The translations under genes were made by a program, and so were the position numbers. A stretch of 63,697 nt of DNA, filler included, from Choristocarpus tenellus KU-1152 (taxonomy: Eukaryota; Protista; Phaeophyceae), in assembly GCA_964200185.2 (NCBI GenBank). It is 11 parts of 11 records of this genome, joined end to end, with 100 filler letters (N's around TTAATTAATTAA, not from the genome) between each part and the next. Parts side by side here need not be neighbours in the genome. Positions count along the whole stretch, not along the records: positions 35,151 to 38,982 come from CAXNAD020017677.1; positions 39,083 to 43,272 come from CAXNAD020015775.1; positions 43,373 to 53,305 come from CAXNAD020003268.1; 8 more parts are not named here. One strand, given 5' to 3'. Positions within the stretch are counted from its first letter, which is position 1, and each line of letters starts with the position of its first letter. Below, in pieces: positions 35,051 to 48,478 of this stretch. The notes under the pieces were generated by a model. That model saw only the letters and a list, made by a program, of their open reading frames with translations. It did not search any database and was not told where the DNA came from.

Positions 35051-37707
35051 NNNNNNNNNNNNNNNNNNNNNNNNNNNNNNNNNNNNNNNNNNNNTTAATT
35101 AATTAANNNNNNNNNNNNNNNNNNNNNNNNNNNNNNNNNNNNNNNNNNNNTAAGTGTAAGGACTGGTGAGCCCCACCTAGTGAAGGTATCTCACTCTCTT
35201 CTTAACTGTGGTACAAGTTAATAAACAATAATATAACTAGTTGTGTGGGACAACAGATCGCCAAGGACAGCTTAACAGCTTTAGCCTGGCAGAGGAGCCG
35301 ATGTGGACAAGGGGCCAACATCAGACTACAGACTGAAGGTTGATAGGCTAGGTAGGTAGGAAAGGCCTGACGGATTCATGCGATTCTCCCCCTACATATT
35401 ATCCATCTTAATAGAGCCAGTCTAGGAGTTGCATATTTTTAATTGCCTTGTCTATTGTTTTCCATACACTACAAGTGTGGTTGATGTTTTACAACGTAAG
35501 TAGTAGTCCTGTCCTGATGTTGGGTTGTATTCTTTGCAATGATATTTCCTCTTCACTACATATTATTTGTCTTACGTTTCGTTGCCTTCTTATTTCATAT
35601 TTATTGCTTTTTGTGTATGTCAATCCCAATCAATAACAAGCCAGTGAGCACAATAATATATGCCACTAAAAATACATAGTACGTACTTCGTATTAGCTGC
35701 ATACTTTCCTATAAATCGGTCCCTCTGGGAAGGGCTGGACCCTCAGGAATTGCACGTTGGACAGGAGGAGAGAAGGGAGCGTGGTGTGCCTCCTTGTTGT
35801 GTGCCTTTCCGCATGAGGGACCTTATGTTGAAGTCGAGGTGTTGCATCAAATTCTGGCCTACAACGGACTATACCATTACAATAATACTCCAACTTTGCA
35901 TAGAGAAAAGCAGCTCTATGGAGCCAGTGCTGGCACGTACAAACAGACAGAAGACGGGCGTAAAGGAATTACATGGCTTTATACGGTACATACATACGTG
36001 AGAGCACTAGAGACCAAATAGGGAGTGTGTAGAGTCATTATTAGTCACACGGTATTCTATATTTATCAGAATTTCATATTTTGGAAACTGTATGTGCTAC
36101 CACACGGACAAATCTATGCGTGAGGAAGAGAGTTGGTAGTGGTAACAAGGTGAAGTAGTATGGTGAGGTGTAGGTTGTGGAAATGGGTAATAGGACTGGA
36201 ATTTCAAACAATTCGAAAAGAGGAAAAACAGTACGTAACAGAGGCTGTAGGTTTGTAAGAGCAGGAATTACTTGGTTACATAAATACATGAGAGGGACCC
36301 CCAAAAAGATTGTAAGGGTTCCCTGATAGGAATACATGTCTTTAAACACACTCGCTGCAGACTTGTTTTTCAGGGAAATCTGGTTTCAATGAACCAAAGT
36401 CTACACGACAAGCACACTGGGTTGGACAAGGTGTACTCTGTTGTCTGTGTGTATATATATGAACACAGGAAAAATAAAACAAGGTGGCAAGACGATGAGA
36501 GATGACGTGACCTACTGCGGCAAGTTTTCATTTTGAGGCGATGCCAAGGCAAGCACTGCACGAGGATTCGAGGGAAGAGGCAGAGTGATGAATTGTGGTG
36601 TGGCTGACCCCAACATGTGAGAAAAAAGGCATGGAGGCATGCAATTAGTCGTAGAGCAGCAGTAGTTATTAGGAGAGCTCTTCTTGTACAAATTGAGTCA
36701 TCAGGGAATGTCCAGCCCACTTCCAGCATGTGTATGTATGGCGGAGAAGTGAGAGGTGTGAAAATTAGACGTGTGTGTGATGGCGGTGAGGAGCTAGAGA
36801 TAGTTGAAGGTGGTTCGATGTGTGGGATGTTGATTAGTTCTTCTCTTAGAATAACAATTTTCCAATAGAATCTTTGATGCGAACATACATGCACGTGAGG
36901 ACAAGAGCTAGAACTGGTACTACAAATGCACAGATAGATAACGAATGGGAATGACTTGGTTCTATATATGACACAGACGTGAGGGGTGCCTAAAAGATGG
37001 TAAGGGCTGCTCTCTGGAACAAGAAGCAGACGCTTTCCTACAATAGCAGTACTTGTTCTATTATACCTGGGCCGAAAGCAAGAAATGTATTTATTTAGCT
37101 GGAGCCACTGCTGTACTCTTACCATTAATATATGCAGGATCAACAGGTAGAGCTTGAAACAGAGATTCAGGACATTGCAATATTGACATTTTGAAGTCGA
37201 CCAATGGCTGAGTATGCACGATGAGCGAAATTTGACGTCCTCACTTCATTTATCAAGACAAATCACTAGGGAAACATTGTAACTATCATTGGCAACAAGC
37301 ACTCAAGGCTCAAGGCACTCTTTTTATTGCGTTGATGGCAAAACAGTACGGAAGGGGAACATCGTCAGGGGAGGTTTACTTTGACTTTGCTCCCTCTTCC
37401 AGTTTTAGTAGGTACATCTTTCATTCTCCACGTCTGATGCATGATGTACACACTAATAAATGATGTCAATGAAGAACACTGACCACAAGAAAACTAATGG
37501 GCTGTAGACTCACTCTCCATACACTCACAACAAACTACCTGATAAAGGAAGACCCCTCCCATCCCTTCCCAACATTTTTTAAAATCCTGCATCCTCTTGT
37601 GACTTCAACAGGGGAGGTATGCATACCAATGATACTCTGAAATATTGCTCCATGTAATACTACTAGTGTTCTTAATGTCTTGCTAGTGATTGTGGGAAGC
37701 CGAGGCA

Positions 37708-37914
37708 TCAATGTTCTGTTACAATTGCATCTATGGCATGTCCCACGTGAGTGCCTCTGGAGACCTCTCGGACAAGAACTCTTTCACCACCCACAATATC
37801 CGTAACTGACAGTGGGCTCCACTCCACAGTAGGAGCCCCTTGACCCTCACCAATGTTCTCGGTGGAAGTAGAGGTCGAGGAAGAAGAAGGGCTCACCAGT
37901 CGAACCGTTTCTGC
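37708..37914 (-). CDS. 3-dehydroquinate synthase type II-like protein, terminal exon
   Basis: acacag|AETVRLV...LSVTDIVGGERVLVREVSRGTHVGHAIDAIVTEH* matches the DHQS-II C-terminus 'QNAETIRLV...SVTxLKxGDxVL...GRHxGxxIxExIxEK*'. Confidence 0.78.
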   Translation of the reverse strand, partial: AETVRLVSPSSSSTSTSTENIGEGQGAPTVEWSPLSVTDIVGGERVLVREVSRGTHVGHAIDAIVTEH

Positions 37915-39082
37915 CTGTGTTGATGTGTATGATGCATGCACAATTGGTCCAATAGCATTTGGGATAGTTGGGATGGGGTGGGGATGGTGGAGGGATGTTT
38001 ATATTGTCGGCACGGCCAGCTTTCTTTGTTTCATCCACTCACATATATATATATATATATGTATGTATATTAATTACTCCTTGGTAGGTTGAGAGAACGC
38101 AGGCAGAGTGAGCAAAATAGTTACACAAAAGAACGTATGTATCTGCAAGTATTGATCAATCAAATTTCTGGTCGACTGCAAGAGGCAAGCAGGTGCTAAA
38201 TTGAAGACAGCACGGAGAGTGCTAAATCAGCATATTGTTTTGTTTTCTCTCTACAGCTTCCCATTTGCAATAACTGTCCTGTTCAGCCAAATGGCCAACG
38301 CATGCTTTGATGCGCGTTGGCCTCTTACATGGAGGGGTGAGATATGAAGGAATGATCCCATTGATTCAACAGGACAAATGAAGCCTGTTGTTGCGTGCAA
38401 TACCTGTGATTGTTTATTTGATCCACAAAGGCACTATAAAGAAGAAAGGGTCACAAATGGGTTCATCTAAGAAATATGATTCACCGAGTCTATTTGGTTG
38501 AGACCTCAATGTATTTATGGAGGACTTATTGTTGTGCTCAAATAGAATCAATAAGTTATGCGAATCAGCGTGATGGCTTTGATTGAGCATGCTATTCTTA
38601 GGAGTACTACAACAATCAATAAGTTCAACATGCTGTTTTGCACGACCTCTCAATACCTCTAACCCTGCTGCTCATTGTCATCCCACAATGGCTAGAAAAT
38701 GGTGCCGGTTCAAGGCTAACATCTGAACATACATGCTATTGAAACACAGGGATGTCGTGAATACCGCAACTTTCAGATGCACACAATCTACTCCATATTT
38801 TTGGATGGAGGGGGGAGGGAGGAGATGTTGTACCTTGCTGTTTTGACTCTTCAGCGAGGACCTGCGATGGTGCTATAGTGGTACCCGTAGCTTCGCCCTC
38901 TGGGGTTGTCCCATCATAACATTTGATGTACACATCAGATTTAAAAAAATAAAAAAGTTTATTCGTGATGCCCGTCACAGTGNNNNNNNNNNNNNNNNNN
39001 NNNNNNNNNNNNNNNNNNNNNNNNNNTTAATTAATTAANNNNNNNNNNNNNNNNNNNNNNNNNNNNNNNNNNNNNNNNNNNN

Positions 39083-39118
39083 CTGGTGTACACCCCCCCA
39101 CCCCAGATACTTTGGGTC
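39083..39118. mobile_element. MITE family 2 terminus at contig start
   Basis: CTGGTGTACACCCCCCCACCCCAGATACTTTGGGTC matches 14350-14390. Confidence 0.85.
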
Positions 39119-40066
39119 CAGGGACTACTTTTCACGAGGAATCCTATGGTGGCCACCCCCACTCTGATTCGTCCTGGACGAAGAGTATTAATTTAGCGCG
39201 TGTACACATCACCAAAACTGATTATATTCTGAATGGTTTTAAGCACTACAACAGTCACCAATAATAGGTTAACAACAAAATGTGATTTGCAGCAGGAAGC
39301 ACGTATTGCTTCTTAATTCCTTGCCTTAAGATAGGCGTTATTACTGGAAATAGCTCTCTGCAGGATGGTATCCGCCTCCACCCTTTCCCCCATGCTTCAT
39401 GATTGTTGTTCACCTTAAGTTATCAGGAAGGAGGGAGACTATAGAATATCCTCGGTCAAATTTGATGATATAATGGTGCCTTAAATGATGAGTTGAACAC
39501 CGCGATACAGTATATAGAGACAGACCTACATGCCAACCAAAATTTATATTGAAACTTGGAAATGAGTGTTGGAGGACTAGGGTGGACACATCCATTTACT
39601 ATTAGTAGTTCATACACATACATAACCTGCACAACACAAGTTCATGTGTCATTATCATAGTATAAAACAGATAGTAGTGAGTGGTATAGTTTGTGTAAGA
39701 AACAAATAATGGAGTAGAGTTGGATAGGAGATGGAGAGCACAGAATAATATAGTATAGGTAATAATACAATTGGAAAATCAACTACTTGTAATGAATTTA
39801 AATAATTATTACATATAATGGTTCGAAGTACAGTCAGTCACTACACAATTTCCATTGTATGGGTGTCGCGTAAGAGGTGAGTATTTTTGCACCCATTATT
39901 CGTTTCAAATTCGATAAAAAAAGAGACTTGGAAATGTTACACAATATGGTGAAGAGTGGATAGAGGAAACCCTGAACTTTCTAAACCACTTGCAAACTGT
40001 GGAAGGTTTACACCGTACCTCTCGCGACTCGCCTTGAGCAGAGGGTGAAGCTTTCTCTAGCAAGAG

Positions 40067-43000
40067 ATGACTATGCCATCTCGTGCAGCACCATGTGAGA
40101 AGGATGAAAACCCTGGCGTTCATTCTTACTGGACTCACTCACCTATTCCTCTACCCAGCACCATACTTTTATTCACGTGTTAGTGACTGCAATCTTACAA
40201 AAACTCTTCGTTCTAGGGTTCATCATCTCCCGTACTCAGCGTACGAACTGACAACCTCCATCCCTTGCACGCACCAATAGCTCTCATGCTCGAGCTGGAC
40301 TGGACAGAAGTAGCTGCTGTTGGAACTATGTTGGTGACATCCTTTGGGGCGGTAGCGCTCACTCCTATCATTGTGGACTTCTTATCCACTCGATGGTCGG
40401 AACAACGGGAGGCAGGCAGGGCCTTGGCAGTCCCCGACAACGTCCTCGACAAGGACTCCACGGACTCTTCTTTCAAGAGCAATTGCTGCAATGGCAGTAA
40501 GGACGAGAAAATGAACACCATTGAAGGCAATGGGGGTGACGAGAGTTTCAGTGTGTCAAATATCAATGGTGGCAAGAGCAATGGCTGCAAGAACAATTTT
40601 GGCCAGGGAGATCTTTTATTGGTTGCGCCAGTTAACGTCACAATCGGCGCTAGGAGCAACTCCAAGTACTCAGTTTTCCTCCAGATTCTCGTGCTATTCC
40701 TCTTCATAATCGGCTCCGTAGCGTCTCGGGGGTGAGATGTAGTTGACTTGCCCGCCTTGGGGAGGCTGACCATACTGAGGATGACATGTGGATCTGTTAC
40801 ATTGGGTTATCTTCACTACCATCTCCTCCGTTCAAAAAATTGACCATTCCATGGCATTGCGAAACCCTGATTGCTCAATAAATAGACCGGTGTTATAAAG
40901 TTTTGACCCATTACTGTCCTCACCAACCCGAAATATCAACACCCATGAGATTGCATTATTTGAATCTTTATTTCATTGTCTGATTTGTGTACTCCAAACC
41001 GGAAAATTTGTCTGTATCTATTGTATTTGATCCACATGCCCTACACAGGTGTGGCATGCTTTGGTTGGCGAGAGTGCTGGCATTGTCAGCGTTCGGGTTG
41101 TTGACCCTCCCCTATCTGTGTCAGCCTTCAAAGTACCGCAGAGGTACAACCCCCCCCCCCCCAGCTTATCACCTACCCACAAGCAGTATTATCTTTGTCG
41201 TAGTTGGAGAAACCCTTCTTGTGCACCAATCACGTTTTCTTAAGATGCACTTGTTTCTGACAGCAGTGCCTTTAGATTTTTCTCTGTGATTAAAGGCTCT
41301 GGTCTACAGCAATTTTTGCTTTCAAGCATTGATCTCGTTTTGATTTTGTTGCCCCAGCTTTCCTCATCTTTCTTTGTGTATTTTCATGCACACTTCCCCC
41401 CTGTTCTCTATTGATATTGTCCTATGCTTTTCTACATTGATGTGTCGATTGTAGCAATAATAGAGGCATCTTTAGATTCTTGTCTTGACTTGTTTTGTCT
41501 TGAGATTTCATGTCCTCAGATCTCGAATACATTTCATATATGGATTGAGTGGATTGGATCCTTCCTCATTCCATGGAGAATATTAGCCATGGTAATCTTC
41601 ATGGAATTAATATTGTCATAGTTAATGACCTCATCATGGTAATATGCAGAACTTATCCTGGTTATGTGAAGACATGGAAGGGGCTTCCCCCTTAATCTGT
41701 GGTTAATCTCTTGCCACTCAATTGTCAAAATTATTAACACCCATCAAACACAGTGAAGGATGTGGCATTATTGTGCCATACATTGAGACTGTGGTACGGT
41801 ACATCACAGTGTTGTACACCCTGGACAACATAAAACTCAACACTGTGTTTACCCTTACCCATAACATTCCAGTTGAAGATGTATATTTCACAGGTCATGT
41901 CCCATAACACTCCATCCCCAAACATTCCTTGCTCATGTTACGGCCATAGCACTCCTGACAATAACGCACACAACTCCTGTGAGAGTGGTCTTATGTGCCT
42001 TTCTTCACCTCGCAATGATCTTCAGTTCACTCAACATAGGCTACGTCACCCATCAGTTGTCTTGAAATTGTAGGTTACATCCCGCAACTCTCCAAGTCCA
42101 ACACACGCGTAGCACATGTCATGTGTTTCCACACCATGTGGCGTTAGTGTTGTGTTCTAAAAGCGATGCGTTCCCTGGTGTTACACGTTTTTCACCAAAT
42201 GCAAGGGATCCTCATCTCCTTGCACTCCTTTCTGCGCTGTTGCTTATCATTTCATTGAACTCATTTCTTCTCTGCTCCTCCCCCCCCCCTCAACCCATCC
42301 CTTATAATACATATGTTGTGTGTACATAGATCCTTCACTGAATTGCCAGATGAGTCGGGAGGATGTGCGCCGACCCCTTTCAGACATGCTTGTGTGGACG
42401 AGTTTTGTATATGGGGTTTCATCGCTCTATGGCTTTTTTGTTGGCCAGTACACACTTGGCTTTGTCCAGGCGGGAGTAACCATTGGTTCGACGCTATTTC
42501 ACCTCAACAGGGAGACTAAGTTCTTCAATCTGGATAACATCTTTGCTACATCCCTCTTCCTTATCATGGGATGGGGGCTCTACTTGTCGTTACAGAACAG
42601 TGAGTTTTTTGGTTAGGGAGCTATGCGGAGGTGAAACCCACATGGTGGAATCAATAATTTTTTGTGAGGATTTTTGGGTTTTTGCTTGGCTGGAGTTCCC
42701 TCACACCATGCAATCTTTTTTTAAGGATGATCATCTTCTCTTCCATATTTTGCCCTTGTCCTCACAATTGATCCTCTTCTTAGACCTAAAGCCACCTCCC
42801 TGGATGTATGGTGCCGACATGGATATATGTAATGTAATCCCACGATATATTGCTTTATGTTGAGCACTAAAATCTGACTTGCAAGTATACATAGCATGGC
42901 AGAACCAGTAGCCTACTAAGCACCTTCTCCATTTTATCTTCACAGTCTGCTCAGCATCACTTCCTTCTTGCGTTGCTCCCTGGCACCTCCAAATCAGGGA

Positions 43001-43174
43001 TCTGGTGGTTCGTAGGTGTTGTGGGGGGATTTTCTCCGGTGGCGATGTCCTTCATTTTGCGATGTGGAATGCCTGGGCTTATCTGCAAGCATGACTGTGG
43101 GCACAGGATGTACCGAAAGAGCAACCCACAGTACGAGTTCCTCCACATGCTGTGGCACGTGTCATCAGGTATCG
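40067..43174 (+). CDS. Multi-pass membrane protein, CREST superfamily-like (ceramidase/PAQR/Per1/SID-1/TMEM8)
   Basis: Phase-consistent exons 40067-40094, 40281-40731, 41049-41143, 42330-42599 and 42998-43174. Motifs GSTLFH (SxxxH), FNLD and FLHMLWH (HxxxH) sit at the ends of hydrophobic segments. Confidence 0.8.
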
Positions 43175-43372
43175 GTGAGTATACTGGGTCAAAAACATTA
43201 CTTTGGAACAGGGTGGTGCTGACTACAGGGTGGGAAAGGTGAATCAGAGTTCTTCACTGAAGAGGGCAAGGGNNNNNNNNNNNNNNNNNNNNNNNNNNNN
43301 NNNNNNNNNNNNNNNNTTAATTAATTAANNNNNNNNNNNNNNNNNNNNNNNNNNNNNNNNNNNNNNNNNNNN

Positions 43373-43544
43373 GGGGGGGGGGGGGGGGGGGGGGTTGTGA
43401 GGGGGCATCCGTTTCGGTCAAACAACTCTTTTTTTTACTGACATCTCAAATCCGACACATGCGACCAAATCACACCAAAAGAGTGAAAATCGAGAAAAGA
43501 GTGAAAAACGGACGCCAACACCCCCCCCCCAGATACTTTGACCC
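43373..43544. mobile_element. MITE family 2-related copy, left end lost in G-run
   Basis: Long G-run...CATCCGTTTCGGTCAA...AAAACGGACGCCAACACCCCCCCCCCAGATACTTTGACCC. Confidence 0.75.
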
Positions 43545-44184
43545 ACCGATGAGACATTCCAAACGTTGAGGATATTTGTACAGTGGTCACATCACCCCTT
43601 ACGACGTTGTACAAGGTCCATGCATTCACTACATGTAATCTGGCTGTGATACTCCTTCACATCTGATTTGGGAGATTCTGAAGCCCTCCATGATGGCTGC
43701 TGCTGTCCCCTGAGGCACCCGAGTTTCAGACCCTCTTGCCTCCAGGCATTGTGCCACGACACTGTTCTTTGTCGGGGTGTTTGAGTCCAGACCCCGGACA
43801 GACTTCTGGACGAAAGAATTGGGCCCGAAGGGTGACAACCAGATGAGCAAGCTGCTTGAACGAAGGGGGCCTTTGTTCTAGGAATCCCAATATATACCCG
43901 TTTTGACAGTTTCACGAGGTTGCTGAACTCCATCAAATGCAACTTCGTTGGCTTGGCATGGGTGATTCTCCACAGTTAGGTCCGGGAATAAGAGTTATTT
44001 TTTCCTTTTCCAGCTAGCACTTGTCCCACAAGGTGGTGAAATTTTCGTCCCCCAACCAGCGCAACATTTCTCCTCTCTACAACAGGACTTAATTACTGAT
44101 AGAATCGAACTTTTTTCAACATCCATGACAATGACAAAATGATGTTTGATGTTGAACGTTTCATATATAGTCTACGATACAAGA

Positions 44185-44437
44185 GAGTCAAAGTATCTTA
44201 GAGGGTAGATCCGCGTCCGTAAGATGGCCAAAATCCAATGTTGCGATTTTGATGTAATTTGTCTATCGTGCTCGTTAAGAAGTGTCAATATCCTTGTTCC
44301 GACATTTTTATACTTTTACACATTTTACATGCTCCGAAACATTTCGGAGTAGGATAATGTCATCAAAAAAACATGGGAAGTCAAGCCCCAAATGGACAAA
44401 TAGGGCGAAATTCGTACCCTCTAAGATACTTCCACTC
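44185..44437 (+). mobile_element. MITE family 1 (flanks AGA/AAA)
   Basis: GAGTCAAAGTATCTTAGAGGGTA ... TACCCTCTAAGATACTTCCACTC. Confidence 0.92.
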
Positions 44438-44628
44438 AAAAGGGGCTAGTGTTCTTATTGTCAGGTTTTCATAGATTTAAACTCCTGGGGATTTTTGTGA
44501 CTTTTTCGATAATTTTCCCTTATGTATCATGGATACAAAATTTTCCAGAAAAGGGTCGTGTAGAGGAACCTTCAAGGTTTCTTTTGCAACAAACCGCATG
44601 CCAATTGTCCTTGTGGTTGCTGAGATAA

Positions 44629-45606
44629 GTGGTCTGGAAAATGGACCAGGAAGATGTGTGTTGGCGACCGAGAGTCGGTGTGCCAAAGAGGTCCCAGGTG
44701 ACTAAAAAGAATAACGAAGCCTACAAGGACAAGCATGGTATCACCAGCACAGGCAAAGCACTTGTGGTTCAAGATGCTAGACAGATGACGGAGGAGGGTT
44801 CTGCCACTATTGCACCTGCTGTACTTGAAGCAAAGCGACCAACTGCTGATGCTGAGACCATGGTCACAAAACAACAAGTTGAGATGGAGATGATCGAGTT
44901 GAGGGAAGTGAAAGCAGAGGGGGAGGGCAAAGTCGAGCAAGCCCTTACCACAATGGAGGCCACCGTAATGAGGAAAGTAGAAAAGGCATAAGAGGCTAGC
45001 TAAGCTGCTGAGAACTGTGAGGCTGACGTTCGTGCTGAAGTCATGAAAAGTATTGAGTCAAAGTATCTTAGAGGGTAGAGCTGCATACATTTGGGGGAAA
45101 AATCCAATGGTGCAATTTTGATGTAATTTTGGCTATCATGTTTGTTGGGAGATGTCAATATCCTTGTTTTGGATACACCTTTTGACAACGTTTACATTTT
45201 ACCTTCTCCAAAACATTTTGGAGTAGGTAAAATGTCATTAAAAACCCATGGGAAGCCAAGACCCAAATGGAAAAACAGGGAAAAACTCGTACCCTCTAAG
45301 ATACTTTCACTCATTGTCAATGCTATGAGATTCCAGTAGTACCTGAAGAAGAGATTACAATGTTCGAAGGCGGAACTCCAAAAGTTAAGTGACGAAAACC
45401 ACCAGAAAGAACTCGAAAGGGGGAACATCAAGGTTGACAATCCATGGAAGGAGCTAGCGTCTTTTGACCCAAACCTTATTTTACCCGAAAATGATATTGA
45501 GCAAACAGAGGTTGCCATGACTCTCAAGGAGCAGCACCTGTGCCACGAGGTGGTCGGGCAGTCACTTTCCCAACTTCCCATTCCCATCTCGCCCATATAC
45601 GAGTGA
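44629..45606 (+). pseudogene. Degenerate coiled-coil-rich ORF interrupted by a MITE
   Basis: After removing 45055-45312 and one ATT, the protein-like sequence continues EVMKSI|VNAMRFQ*YLKKRLQCSKAELQKLSDEN... Several stops are present. Confidence 0.45.
45055..45312 (+). mobile_element. MITE family 1, TSD ATT
   Basis: ATT|GAGTCAAAGTATCTTAGAGGGTA ... TACCCTCTAAGATACTTTCACTC|ATT. Confidence 0.94.
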
Positions 45607-47621
45607 GTCTCCCACCATGCATAGATGGCTAAGTACAGTTAGAACGCACCAAAGACGCACGAGTAGGACTTCAGGACCCACCTACTTGGTGCTCTCCGTC
45701 TTTGCTTTGTCATTCGGTATGGCCTTTGCCAGTTATGACACCCTATGTGTGTCCACGATTCCTGAATTACCGACCATACTGCAACATATCTGGTGTGTTT
45801 GTGATTTGAAAAAATGAAACGTGGGAGACAAGGATGAGATGTTTTCTGTCAATTTCATTGGCCAAACGAAAAAATAAACACAAAAACCTCGACAAAGAGA
45901 CTGCTGCAAAAAAGTGCCCACAACAGCAACAACGGCTCTCATTCCCAGTCCGAACAGTCACGACAGCCCACCATCTCAACCTTTGCACGCCTCCCAATCA
46001 ATATGATAAATAAGCCTCTTCCAGAGGGTTTATCGTGCAGGTCGTTCCTGGACAAGAACGGAGCTTGCAAAAGTTATGTTACACTTAATTCCAAACAGAG
46101 GAAGTATCTTAAACCAAGGGCCCAGGCACTCATCAATGCATTTTCTCTTCCTGGATCCCTCTTTCATGTGTCTTAGCACAATGGATTTTCTTTCACATTA
46201 TCTCTGTATTACACAGGCACTGATAAAATGTTCACCCCTGCAGTTGCATTTTCCATGTTTGGTCGGGCCCCTTGACCCTTTTCCCACTTCCAGGCGTCTA
46301 GCACGCTCAGGTTTTCCTTTGATACCTACTCGGAGTACATCTATACCCCTTTTTACACAAGAGGAGCCCAAGTACTCAAATGCCCACTCTTCCTTGTCCT
46401 GCCCTATGCTACCTTGGGTGGGTCCCCTACTTTCTCTCCTCCAAAATACCTTGCTTGTCTACCCCGTTAATACTTATTTAATCATCCGCCCCTATCTTTC
46501 TTTTCCATATCCTAGGGGAAGCATCCTCATTGTCTTCCCTACAATAAAAAACCCCTATCAGTCCTTCCTTCTAACACCTTGCCTTCACATGATACAGTTG
46601 CCAGCACATTCTTTCCTGTCATTTGCAAAACTTGCAAGTTCCTGACTGTACACATTTGTTCAAGGCTTCCTCCATATAATTCAATTCCTTCCACATCATT
46701 TTCTGATCTTTTTCAAGAAGGTTAGTAACCATCCGTCAGTGCCATGGCTTTTCCCGTCCTTAATCAGGAATTGACAGATCAATGACAGAAGTGGTGACTT
46801 CTTGCCTTTGGCATTTTCAGTGTGTGTTACAAAAAGGAGGATTCTCACCGACTGATCCATCACTTGTGGTAACATACCTCTCTCCTGAAGAAGAGAAGAT
46901 AGTGCTGCACAGCGAGTCTCATAGGAGGATGTCCAAAGGGGTAAGAAGCAGGGAGGCTCTAATAAAGGGAGAAGCAAGGATGCGTACACGCACAGACAGC
47001 TCTGATCAAGGCATTGTCAACATTGTCTTTGAAGAGAATAGCAGCGATCTCTTCAGCATCATGTCGCCTGTACCAAGAACATGACCATCGACTTCATGAC
47101 TGACTTCACCAAACCTTGATAAAAATGGGGGAATGTGATTTGGCCTAGAACACGTTGACCCACATAGAACTTTCCATCCACAATTTGTACGTACGGGTCA
47201 AGAATTATGAGTGTGAAAAAAGAAACGCAAACTACATACTGCGGGATATCCTTCCTCAAGCTCACATGCTTTGCCCATCATCATCCCCATCACAATAGTA
47301 AAATCTTGAGCTGTTGCTTTCAGTGTAGTAAGGTACACATTTAATTATTCCCTCTCTATATCAAATTTTTAGTGCTATACTCTGCCGTGCATAGTCAGCA
47401 TCATTGGGGCATGGGTAGTATTGGGCCGTCTCTTTACAGAGCTTACTACTGGCACCTATTGCTGTTAACGTGAATAGCTGATTGACTTTAAGCTGGAGAG
47501 TGCTGGAACGCATTGAGATGATGTCTGTGCGTATACAATGAGGGACAGGCCTGAGACAAAGTAGTGTGGAGTTCTTTCAATTATCACAACAGTATGTTGT
47601 CTCTTCCTTCCAAAATCGAGC

Positions 47622-47880
47622 GAGCCAAAGTATCTTGGAGGGTAGAGCCGCGTCAATTTGGGGCCCAAAATCCGATGTTGCGATTTTGATGTAATTGTGG
47701 GTATCGTGTTTGTTAGGAAGTGTCAATATCCATGCTCCGGACACACCTTTTCATAACGTATACCTTTTACCTACTCCGAAACATTTTGGAGTAAGAAAAC
47801 GGCATAAAAGAACCCATGGAAAGTCAAACCCCAAATGGACAAAAAGGGCAAAACTCGTACCCTCTAAGATACTTTCATTC
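47622..47880 (+). mobile_element. MITE family 1 (flanks AGC/AGT)
   Basis: GAGCCAAAGTATCTTGGAGGGTA ... TACCCTCTAAGATACTTTCATTC. Confidence 0.92.
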
Positions 47881-48218
47881 AGTACCACAGTGATGACACT
47901 CCTGGTTAAGAGGACTATGGAGATTTTGAGCCATGGGAGAGTGTAATTTTCATCTTACAGTTCAAAATTCGGTGCATTTCAGCTCTGAAATCCCAACAAT
48001 CCACATCGGTTCATGAGTGTTCTGGAGCAATGCTCACTCATATACATAATGAAAATTAATAGAAAGATTTTCCTGCATATTTGCTATGTGTCTTCCACTA
48101 TGTCTGAATCTTCCACGTTTTGGATAGCCAAGGTCATTTGGGTTTGGTATTCACCATCTTCTCTTCTATTTAGGCAAGACATACCGTGACTGACCTTCCT
48201 GAAAGGAGAAGTTATAAA

Positions 48219-48478
48219 GACCCAAAGCATTAAAGAGGGTTAGGTCTTTTTCCATGTTTATCCGGTCGGGGCTTGGCTTCCCACAGGTTCTTTATGCCCC
48301 TTCTTGGTTTTCGAAACATTTCCGAGTAGGTAAAATGCATACAACTATGAAAGGTGTGTCTGGAGCAAGGATATTTACACTTGCAACTAAACACAATAGC
48401 CAAAATTACATGAAAACCGCAACATTAGATTTTGAACCCCAAACAGACGCAGCCTTATCCTCTTAAATGCTTTGACTC
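48219..48478 (-). mobile_element. MITE family 1, diverged copy, TSD AAA
   Basis: AAA|GACCCAAAGCATTAAAGAGGGT ... ATCCTCTTAAATGCTTTGACTC|AAA. Confidence 0.85.

Noticed and set aside
36370-37143. 257-aa minus-strand ORF
   Set aside because: No recognisable motif and atypical composition; probably a chance open frame in decayed repeat DNA.
40213-40773. 186-aa minus-strand ORF, and similarly 6194-6715(-) and 4810-5175(+)
   Set aside because: Antisense shadows of real exons on the opposite strand.
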